This document shows positions 16,582-24,225 of a DNA stretch of 64,000 bases, in pieces. The position numbers and the translations under genes were made by a program. Each line of letters starts with the position of its first letter. The stretch's first letter is position 1. The notes under the pieces are model-generated. The model ran no database searches, had not been told where the DNA came from, and was given only the letters and a program-made list of their open reading frames with translations. The DNA is from an uncultured Bacteroidota bacterium. Its GTDB lineage: Bacteria; Bacteroidota; Rhodothermia; Balneolales; HLUCCA01. The DNA lies in NCBI GenBank assembly GCA_947085565.1, contig CAMTWZ010000017.1, forward strand, positions 4,526 through 68,525, read 5' to 3'.

Positions 16582-16751
16582 GAGAATGGAGTTTAGTTGA
16601 ACCTACATCAAACCGATTTGAGACGCAAACAGAATCGTTCCGGAATCTGTGCCTCAAATCCATTCTTGATTCATTTCAGTACTTTAAAAGCTGACTACAT
16701 CCAACGCCCTCTGAAATCTAGCCCCCGGTTTCAACCGAGGGCTGGCAACCC

Positions 16752-17036
16752 ATGTTCACCCTCCGCATGGTGTTCGAAGCCATGGGCTCCACCTCGGTCC
16801 GGACGCTGCTCAACTCCGGAAATGTGACCTTCGACACGGATCGCGCCGACCTCGGCACCCTTGAACGCGATATCGAGCCTCATCCTGATTTGCGCTTGTA
16901 TGTGACGTTCTTGCGGTCGGGCGAGCGGATCACAACCGTGGTCGACCTGCGCGACTCGCACACCATCAAAGCGATTGAGGATCTCGAACGCCGCTTCGGG
17001 AAAGACCTGACGACGCGGAATTGGAATACGGTGTAA
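16752..17036 (+). pseudogene. DUF1697 family fragment
   Basis: MVFEAMGSTSVRTLLNSGNVTF and the C-terminal LTTRNWNTV match DUF1697. The ORF has only 94 codons and lacks the N-terminal and middle parts. Confidence 0.5.
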
Positions 17037-17077
17037 TCGGTAATCAGTAATCGGGAATCGGTAATCAAACCGATTCC
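17033..17077. repeat. Heptamer array GTAATCG GTAATCA GTAATCG GGAATCG GTAATCA plus hairpin GGAATCGGT/ACCGATTCC
   Basis: Read directly. The stop codon TAA at 17034-17036 lies in the first unit. Confidence 0.85.
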
Positions 17078-17123
17078 ATCCTTCATATCTTCATCGCGGT
17101 TTGCGGCATCCACAATCATATCA

Positions 17124-17954
17124 TTGACCAACATGGACAAGACAACGACGGCTTTCATCAGGACCATTCTCTCCCAAAAAGTCTTTGAATGGTTTATCGC
17201 TGGCGTAATCATTGTGAACAGCGCTCTGATCGGAGTGGAGACCTATGTTTCAACGCCACTGATTCAGTTCGTTCAACATCTGGCTCTTGGAATTTTCACG
17301 ATTGAAATCCTCATGAGATGGATTGCGAGGGAAAACATCAAGTCCTTTTTCTCGGATGGGTGGAATATCTTCGACCTGAGCATCGTGTTGATCAGCTACA
17401 TCCCGGAGTCGCTTTTTGCCGAATCTTCGATCGCAACGGCGATACGGGTACTTCGTGTGTTCCGGATTTTCCGGTTGTTGCGCGCCTTTCCAGAGCTCAA
17501 GATCATGACATCGGTGCTCATCCGCTCCCTGTCCACCTTGTTCTACAACGGGCTGTTCTTCTTCATTTTCATGTATCTGTTCGCCATCATCGGCATCACC
17601 CTGTTCAAACTTCCCACACCCGAAACAGCCGATGTTGCCACACAAAGCGCATTGACCGACTATTTGAGCAAGGTCCCCAATGCGCCCGGAATTGCTCCCG
17701 ACCCGTATGGATCGTTGGGCGAAACCATGTTCACCCTTTTCCGGATCCTTACAGGAGAAGATTGGACGGATCTGCGCTACAACCTGGTGCAAGCGAGCCA
17801 AATGAATGTGATCGATACCCCCGAAGCGATCATCACATTCTACCATGTCACTTGGTTTGTGGTGGCCACGTTTCTGCTGTTGAATCTGCTTGTCGGAGCC
17901 ATTTTGAACAACTATCAGATCGTGATGGCTGAAATCCGAAATAAGAAGGAGTGA
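17124..17954 (+). CDS. Single-domain 6TM voltage-gated cation channel (BacNav/NaChBac superfamily)
   Basis: 276 aa. S4 is RVLRVFRIFRLLR, with Arg at every third position. The pore is FTLFRILTGEDWTDL. Only ~12 residues follow S6. Confidence 0.85.
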   Translation: MTNMDKTTTAFIRTILSQKVFEWFIAGVIIVNSALIGVETYVSTPLIQFVQHLALGIFTIEILMRWIARENIKSFFSDGWNIFDLSIVLISYIPESLFAESSIATAIRVLRVFRIFRLLRAFPELKIMTSVLIRSLSTLFYNGLFFFIFMYLFAIIGITLFKLPTPETADVATQSALTDYLSKVPNAPGIAPDPYGSLGETMFTLFRILTGEDWTDLRYNLVQASQMNVIDTPEAIITFYHVTWFVVATFLLLNLLVGAILNNYQIVMAEIRNKKE

Positions 17955-18080
17955 ACATCCCACCTCCCCACTAAGATCTGCCCGGTATGCCCGCGCCCCT
18001 TCGCCTGGCGCAAGAAGTGGGAGAAGGTATGGGATGAGGTGAAATACTGCAGCGAGCGCTGCAGACAGAGTAATTGCTGA
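17955..18080 (+). CDS. DUF2256-type zinc-ribbon ORF with no canonical start, in frame with the channel gene across its TGA
   Basis: [41 protein letters not shown] matches the DUF2256 pattern (C..C.RPF.WRKKW...W..V.YCS..CR). There is no ATG/GTG/TTG between the TGA (17952-17954) and the first Cys. Confidence 0.6.
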   Translation, partial: TSHLPTKICPVCPRPFAWRKKWEKVWDEVKYCSERCRQSNC

Positions 18081-18268
18081 ATACAACCAAACCGCAATTT
18101 ATGTCCTGCTTTAGATCGGAAAGGTTATTGATGTGTGTTCCGATACTGGATAACATGGTTTGAAAGAAAAAATCCACCATCAATCGGTGTCAAGAATAGT
18201 GTATTCGATATGTCGTGCCGTTGCACCGATATATGAAACCTTAGTAAACCATTCTTTCTGAGAAGGAA

Positions 18269-18865
18269 ATGAGGTCAATGTCCCGACTCAAAAAAATAAT
18301 TCGAGTACTAACACCGCCACTGAACTGGAGGCTTCCTGTTTTAGTAGCATCGGGTGTTTTTTTTGGAATCGGTTCATATGCTCTGGTAGTATCAAATGTC
18401 GTCAGCTATATGTCCGATGCACCTGAAACCTGTATCAACTGCCATGTGATGGGCACTCAATATGTCACGTGGTTTCATAGTTCGCACAGAGAGAATGCCA
18501 CCTGTAATGATTGCCATGTGCCTCAAGATAATATTCTGAAGCATTATGCTTTCAAGGCACAGGACGGAATTCGGCATGCTTATATGTTCACCATGGGAGA
18601 CATTCCCGATCCTATCATCATGCATGAAGCCGGACAAAAAGTAGTTCAGGCCAACTGCCAGAGGTGCCATGACCATACCAATCAGCATGTCACATCCGGG
18701 CAGGTAAGCTGGGTGGAAGTCCAAAAAGGGGAAGGACGACTATGCTGGGATTGCCACCGCGACGTACCGCATGGTACGGTCAGAAGTTCGGCCTCGGTAA
18801 GCCAATCCATAATTCCAGTTCCACAATCTCCTATGCCCGAGTGGCTAAAAAAATTGACCAAGTAA
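18269..18865 (+). CDS. nrfH: Cytochrome c nitrite reductase small subunit, NapC/NirT-family tetraheme quinol dehydrogenase
   Basis: An N-terminal TM helix and four CXXCH motifs (CINCH, CNDCH, CQRCH, CWDCH). Confidence 0.9.
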   Translation: MRSMSRLKKIIRVLTPPLNWRLPVLVASGVFFGIGSYALVVSNVVSYMSDAPETCINCHVMGTQYVTWFHSSHRENATCNDCHVPQDNILKHYAFKAQDGIRHAYMFTMGDIPDPIIMHEAGQKVVQANCQRCHDHTNQHVTSGQVSWVEVQKGEGRLCWDCHRDVPHGTVRSSASVSQSIIPVPQSPMPEWLKKLTK

Positions 18866-18882
18866 TCAAACCATCTTTTTTT

Positions 18883-20415
18883 ATGAAAACCATATCAGAA
18901 TCCATCAGTGAAAAACCTTGGTTGGGCTGGGCACTATTCTTCGGAACAATGATTTTTGTCTTTCTACTTGGAATCTTCACTTATACCATCATTGAAAACC
19001 GTACTGCAGGTCAGTTCGCCTATGTAACCTCTACCGATATTGAGCCGCTTGATCCAAGAGCCGAGGCTTGGGGCAGATTTTTCCCGCGTCAGTTTAATAC
19101 CTATGCGCAGATGTCGGACACCACATTCAGAAGCAAGCACCTTGGCTCTCAGCGCCGGGATTTGCTGGAAGATAGTCCCGCTTTTGTCATCCTGTTTGCC
19201 GGCTTTGGCTTTTCACGGGATTACAACCTCTCCAGAGGACACTATTATTCGGTAAGTGATGTGCAGCAAACCCTGCGCACCGGGGCTCCGATGAATCCGG
19301 GTGACGGACCGATGCCGGCAACCTGCTGGACCTGTAAGAGTCCGGATGTTCCCCGACTGATGGCTAAATACGGTGTTGAAGAGTTCTACTCCAAAACACT
19401 TGCTGAGGTAGGTCATGAAATTCATAATCCCATCAACTGCGCGACCTGTCACAATGCACAGGACATGTCTCTGAAAGCTTCTCTGCCCACACTTGCGGAA
19501 ACGTTCCAACGCATGGGCAAGGATATGAACACCGTCTCGCATCAGGAAATGAGATCGTTAACATGTGCACAGTGCCACGTGGAGTATTATTTCGGTAAGA
19601 AAAACTATCTCGTTTTTCCGTGGGATGAAGGTATGAGAGCGGAGGATATCGCCCTTTATTATGATAAAAGAGAATTTGCAGACTGGATTCATCCCTTAAG
19701 CCGTGCTCCAATGATTAAGGCACAACACCCGGATTATGAAGTATTCACCACAGGGATTCATTACCAGCGCGGAGTCTCCTGCTCAGATTGCCACATGCCC
19801 TATAAAGCTGAGGGTGGGATGAAATTCACTGATCATAAAATTCAGAGTCCTCTGAATAATATCTCGGCGGCCTGCCAAACCTGTCACAGGCAAAGCGAAT
19901 CCGAGCTGATCCGAAACGTATATGATCGGCAAGATATGGTGAAGGAAGTTCGTGTTAAATTGGAGGATGTTCTTGTAAGAGCACATCTTGAGGCAGAATT
20001 TGCGTGGAAACTTGGTGCGACCGAAGCTCAGATGGCTGCAGCCCTACACCTGATCAGACACGCTCAGTGGAGATGGGACTATGCGGCGGCAACTCACGGT
20101 GGTTCTTTTCACGCGCCTCTGGAGCTCACAAGAACGATCGGCGACGGGCTGAATCTGGCTCACGAAGCACGTCACAAGCTTACACAAGTCTTATTCGAAC
20201 TGGGGCACCGTGGGCCGGTACCATTGCCTAATGTCTCAACCAAACGGCTGGCACAAGAGTACATCGGTATCGATCTTGAAAAATTGCAAGCAAATAAAGA
20301 ACGATTCCTGAAGGAAGTTGTACCACAGTGGCTGCAAACGTCACTCGAGCGCCAGGCTCGTTGGGAAAATAATAGAAATGACCCTAATCACAGTGGTTCC
20401 TATCTGAAGAATTGA
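18883..20415 (+). CDS. nrfA: Ammonia-forming pentaheme cytochrome c nitrite reductase
   Basis: The active-site motif is CWTCK. The four CXXCH motifs are CATCH, CAQCH, CSDCH and CQTCH. The start was moved to the internal ATG (MKTISE...) after the nrfH stop. Confidence 0.9.
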   Translation: MKTISESISEKPWLGWALFFGTMIFVFLLGIFTYTIIENRTAGQFAYVTSTDIEPLDPRAEAWGRFFPRQFNTYAQMSDTTFRSKHLGSQRRDLLEDSPAFVILFAGFGFSRDYNLSRGHYYSVSDVQQTLRTGAPMNPGDGPMPATCWTCKSPDVPRLMAKYGVEEFYSKTLAEVGHEIHNPINCATCHNAQDMSLKASLPTLAETFQRMGKDMNTVSHQEMRSLTCAQCHVEYYFGKKNYLVFPWDEGMRAEDIALYYDKREFADWIHPLSRAPMIKAQHPDYEVFTTGIHYQRGVSCSDCHMPYKAEGGMKFTDHKIQSPLNNISAACQTCHRQSESELIRNVYDRQDMVKEVRVKLEDVLVRAHLEAEFAWKLGATEAQMAAALHLIRHAQWRWDYAAATHGGSFHAPLELTRTIGDGLNLAHEARHKLTQVLFELGHRGPVPLPNVSTKRLAQEYIGIDLEKLQANKERFLKEVVPQWLQTSLERQARWENNRNDPNHSGSYLKN

Positions 20416-20514
20416 GTTATAGATTGGAGCCTGAATCAATGGATTTGGGCTCTTGATCTCAACATAAGTGACTAAAAAAATCGGACCACCTAAGTCACAT
20501 TCATTAACCGTGTT

Positions 20515-21762
20515 ATGGAAACAAGAAAAAAAAGACCCGTATGGGTCAGTCCTTGGGATTACGCAGAAGGTTGGTTATTCGTGGCTGGACTGCTGCTCAC
20601 CGGTTTGGCGCTCCAGCTAATAAAGGGTGGTCTTACACGAGAGGCTCTTTCTTGGCCGGTAAATGGAATTATCGGCTTACTGCTTACCGTATCCATTGTG
20701 ATCGGATGGATTTTTTTCAGAAAAAACAATCTGATTAACTGGCTTTCAAGGGTGCCGGCTGCAATCACATCCATCACCATGATTACTTTCCTGGTTTTGT
20801 TGATGGGATTTACTCTACAGGAAGACGCGAAAAATCCATTATGGGTGCAAAAACTAGGCTTGTCTAATATGACAAGCTCATGGCCATTCCTGCTTGGGAT
20901 TGTCTTTTTCCTGTGTGCTCTTGGCATGGCTACCATGAAGAGATTGACTCCATTCAGTGGTCGAAATATTGGATTCTTCCTGAATCACGCCGGCCTATAC
21001 ATCATCGTGCTTGCAGGCATACTCGGTGCGGCCGACCTGAATCGATTTACGATGCATTTACAGGAGGGGGAAGTCGTATGGTTCGCGAATGACGATCATG
21101 GGCATCAAATCCCGATGCCATTGGCACTTGAGCTTAAAAGTTTCAACATGGAGGAATTCAATCCGAAAGTGACCGTGATCAACCCGGCAGATAACAGCAT
21201 GATTCAAGAAGCGATCCCAGATATGTTCGAAATCAAAGACGGAAACCGAGGAACAATTTTGGGTTATGATATCGAAATTAAAAAATTCATGATGTTGTCT
21301 TCCATGATCGAAGACCGGTATGAGGCGGTAAATAATTTTGGTGCCGCGCCCTCCGCTTTTGTCCACGTAACGGCTCCTGACGGTTCCGTAAAAGAGGGAT
21401 GGGTCTCAAGCGGTAGTTTTATGATGCCGCACCGTTTTCTTGAGCTAAATAAAATGTATTCACTAGCAATGACCCTGCCGCAGTCAAGTCATTACAGTTC
21501 AGATGTAATGATCTATACACAATCCGGAGATGTTTATGAACAACGAATAGAAGTAAATCATCCTGTTTCTGTAGAGGGATGGAAACTCTATCAATACAGT
21601 TATGATGATCGGTTCGGCAGGTGGTCGCCTACCTCGGTTATCGAGGTCATCCGTGACCCATGGTTGCCCGTGGTTTATACCGGCATATTCATGGTGCTGA
21701 TAGGCTCCATCTATTTGATGACTCAGGGAAAAGCCCCGGAAAAATATGAAGGAGATGAATGA
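20515..21762 (+). CDS. ccsB: ResB/CcsB-like cytochrome c biogenesis protein (system II)
   Basis: 415 aa with N-terminal TM helices, a large soluble domain and a C-terminal TM helix. It overlaps ccsA by 4 nt. Confidence 0.7.
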   Translation: METRKKRPVWVSPWDYAEGWLFVAGLLLTGLALQLIKGGLTREALSWPVNGIIGLLLTVSIVIGWIFFRKNNLINWLSRVPAAITSITMITFLVLLMGFTLQEDAKNPLWVQKLGLSNMTSSWPFLLGIVFFLCALGMATMKRLTPFSGRNIGFFLNHAGLYIIVLAGILGAADLNRFTMHLQEGEVVWFANDDHGHQIPMPLALELKSFNMEEFNPKVTVINPADNSMIQEAIPDMFEIKDGNRGTILGYDIEIKKFMMLSSMIEDRYEAVNNFGAAPSAFVHVTAPDGSVKEGWVSSGSFMMPHRFLELNKMYSLAMTLPQSSHYSSDVMIYTQSGDVYEQRIEVNHPVSVEGWKLYQYSYDDRFGRWSPTSVIEVIRDPWLPVVYTGIFMVLIGSIYLMTQGKAPEKYEGDE

Positions 21763-22562
21763 TGATGCCTTTTGATCCCACCCTTTTTACTGCAAGTCCG
21801 ATTCTTTTGTGGATACTTGCTATGTCCGTATTCTTCTTCTCCGAAAAGAGCAGAGCGCTCAACGTGATCGCTCATTTGCTGTACATATCAGGAGTCTTAA
21901 TTCTCACTCTGTTTGCCATTTTGTTGTGGCAGGAATTGGACAGGCCTCCATTACGAACCCTCGGGGAAACAAGGTTGTGGTATGCTCTTTTTCTGCCTCT
22001 AACGGGATACATCACCTATCTGCGCTGGAACTATAGATGGATTATCTACTACAGCGGGTTCATGGCGATTGTATTTCTAGGCATAAATCTGATCTATCCG
22101 GATAATTATGACCGTACCCTGATGCCGGCCTTACAAAGCGTCTGGTTCATTCCGCATGTGATCGTCTATATTTTTGCTTATGCCATTCTTGGCGTGTCTG
22201 CCCTTGTCGCAATAAAAGGCCTGTACACGGAGTATTTTGGAAAGGGAAAGGATTGGTCACCGCAGTTGGCCGATAATCTTGTCTATCTGGGATTAGGGTT
22301 TCTTACTTTGGGCCTTCTATTCGGGGCTCTGTGGGGTAAAGATGCCTGGGGGCACTATTGGACTTGGGATCCCAAAGAAACTTGGGCATTTCTCACCTGG
22401 ATCGGGTACTTGGCCTACATCCATTTCAGATATCATAAACCCCAAAAAGTGATCTCGGCAATGTGGATTCTGGCACTTGCCTTTGTATTTCTGCTCATTT
22501 GCTGGTTTGGCGTCAATTATCTGCCATCAGCTGCAAATTCGGTTCATACATACACCCAATAA
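21759..22562 (+). CDS. ccsA: Cytochrome c assembly protein CcsA (heme-handling WWD protein)
   Basis: 267 aa with a Trp-rich motif, WGKDAWGHYWTWDPKETWAFLTW, plus conserved His residues. Confidence 0.85.
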   Translation: MMMPFDPTLFTASPILLWILAMSVFFFSEKSRALNVIAHLLYISGVLILTLFAILLWQELDRPPLRTLGETRLWYALFLPLTGYITYLRWNYRWIIYYSGFMAIVFLGINLIYPDNYDRTLMPALQSVWFIPHVIVYIFAYAILGVSALVAIKGLYTEYFGKGKDWSPQLADNLVYLGLGFLTLGLLFGALWGKDAWGHYWTWDPKETWAFLTWIGYLAYIHFRYHKPQKVISAMWILALAFVFLLICWFGVNYLPSAANSVHTYTQ

Positions 22563-22572
22563 CCGTTTAATT

Positions 22573-23856
22573 ATGCAAAAGGCACTTTTCCTTCTATTCA
22601 TCTTGCTATTTCAGACCTTGTGCACGTTACCCTTGCTGGCACAACAAGAAAATCCTGTTTTTACAGTTGACCTCGAAATCCGTCCGAGGTTTGAAATCAG
22701 GAATGGTTTCAAAGCCCCGATGCCAGTGGATTCAAAACCGGCCGCCTTTACGGAGCAGCGGTCCCGTGTCCACCTGAATTACAGCTCCTCGGATATTGCT
22801 GTAAGGTTGGTTATGCAAGATGTCCGTATTTGGGGAAATCATCCTCAGATATATAAAAACGATCCCGCCCTGAGCAATTTGTATGAAGCTTGGGCGGAAT
22901 ACAATTTCACACCGGATTGGAATATCCGTGTTGGACGACAAGCGCTAAATTATGATAATGCCCGCTTTTTGGGGGATTTGGATTGGGTGCAACAGGGGCG
23001 CAGTCATGATGCTTTATTGCTTGGATACCGTGGTACTTGGAATGTTGATGCGGGGTTTACCTGGAATCAATCCAATATTGTTGAACCGACCCACTTGACG
23101 GGCAGTTTTTATGCTATACCCGGTAATCATAAAAGCATGCAGTTTCTGTGGATGAACCGCTCTTGGGAATCCACCAATTTAAGTTTGCTTCTCCATAATG
23201 ATGGGCGACAAGTTGCAGTCGACAGTAGTACGGCATGGCGACAGACGGCAGGTTTTTATGCCACACAAAAAACAGGGGACGTTACTTTACGATCTGAGTT
23301 CTACTATCAGCTTGGAAAGGATGCCGGAAAGAAGGATGTTGCCGCATGGATGGCACATTTTGAAGCGCAATGGAAACGGTATGTAGTCGGACTGGATTAT
23401 CTCAGTGGAACAAGTCTCTCTTCGGACGGCAACAATTCCTTTGAACCATTGTACGGTACCAATCATAAATTTTACGGCTTCATGGATTATTTCCATGTGG
23501 GGAGTCCACATCGTCAACCGGGAAATATGTACAATACCGGGCTTATTAATCTCTATCAAAAAGCCAGTTTTCCGGTTACGGAACAGTTGACACTGCATAC
23601 GCACCTGCATCAGTTTGTCTCGCCGGTTTCTATTTATGATGCCCAAAACCAAAGCATGGACGCCTATCTCGGAACCGAACTCGACCTGATGTTCACCGTC
23701 CGTCTTGCACCACAAGCCATGCTGACCGGCGGCTACTCGCATATGTTCATGACCGATTCCATGATTCGGATCAAAGGGGGTTATAAAACGGCAGATATCA
23801 ACGGCTGGGCTTGGGTAATGCTGCGAATCGCGCCGAGAGTGTTTAGTACTAAGTAA
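22573..23856 (+). CDS. Outer-membrane beta-barrel protein, alginate-export/porin-like
   Basis: Signal peptide MQKALFLLFILLFQTLCTLPLLAQQ and alternating beta-strand pattern (RPRFEIRNGF..., LDWVQQGRSHDALLLGY). The start was moved to the ATG at 22573. Confidence 0.7.
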   Translation: MQKALFLLFILLFQTLCTLPLLAQQENPVFTVDLEIRPRFEIRNGFKAPMPVDSKPAAFTEQRSRVHLNYSSSDIAVRLVMQDVRIWGNHPQIYKNDPALSNLYEAWAEYNFTPDWNIRVGRQALNYDNARFLGDLDWVQQGRSHDALLLGYRGTWNVDAGFTWNQSNIVEPTHLTGSFYAIPGNHKSMQFLWMNRSWESTNLSLLLHNDGRQVAVDSSTAWRQTAGFYATQKTGDVTLRSEFYYQLGKDAGKKDVAAWMAHFEAQWKRYVVGLDYLSGTSLSSDGNNSFEPLYGTNHKFYGFMDYFHVGSPHRQPGNMYNTGLINLYQKASFPVTEQLTLHTHLHQFVSPVSIYDAQNQSMDAYLGTELDLMFTVRLAPQAMLTGGYSHMFMTDSMIRIKGGYKTADINGWAWVMLRIAPRVFSTK

Positions 23857-23898
23857 TTTAATTGATCGCTCTGACATACCTTAATAAAACGTGCGAAA

Positions 23899-24186
23899 AT
23901 GCACGCTTCGCCTGGATCGGGACTGCCCCTTGCTCAAGATTCGAAAATTCAGACACTCCTGATTTTTAACCGTCAGAGACAGAAACACTTTTTGAGAGAA
24001 CTATCGCAGATCCGTCAACATCTCGGAATCGAGACCATATCGAATTCCTACATCCACTTCCTGATCATGAAAGCGACAGGGCTCAACTTCTCCGAGATGC
24101 TCGTCGATGCCGTCACCCTCGTCGTGTTCTTCGCAAGCGCGGTCATCAGCATCCGGCCGAACATTTTGATGACGATAGAAAAATAG
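23899..24186 (+). CDS. Possible small membrane protein or gene remnant
   Basis: The last ~40 codons (MKATGLNFSEMLVDAVTLVVFFASAVISIRPNILM) have strong third-position GC bias in this frame. The 5' part is unconvincing. Confidence 0.25.
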   Translation: MHASPGSGLPLAQDSKIQTLLIFNRQRQKHFLRELSQIRQHLGIETISNSYIHFLIMKATGLNFSEMLVDAVTLVVFFASAVISIRPNILMTIEK

Positions 24187-24225
24187 TGTATTGGAATCAC
24201 AAGTGGCCTTGGGGTATATTGAGGC

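Noticed and set aside
17952-17954. Selenocysteine decoding of the TGA between the channel and DUF2256.
   Set aside because: I see no convincing SECIS-like hairpin starting about 11 nt downstream; the only feature is a weak GCGCC...GGCGC stem about 40 nt away. Nothing suggests a redox role for that residue. It stays one option in the finding but is not called.
18081-18268. Fnr/Crp-type box (TTGAT-N4-ATCAA) or another nitrite-responsive operator upstream of nrfH.
   Set aside because: Only partial half-sites (for example TTGATGTGTG, ATCAATCGG) and a 7-bp inverted repeat ATCGGTG/CACCGAT 34 nt apart are present. No clean consensus site could be supported by eye.
18742-18882. ORF-track start of nrfA at 18742, overlapping nrfH by 124 nt. 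Similar over-extended starts occur at 22477, 31952, 48304, 49002, 59926 and 3095.
   Set aside because: In each case an internal ATG just after the upstream stop gives a proper signal peptide or family-typical N-terminus. For 3095 the extension is IS30 sequence.
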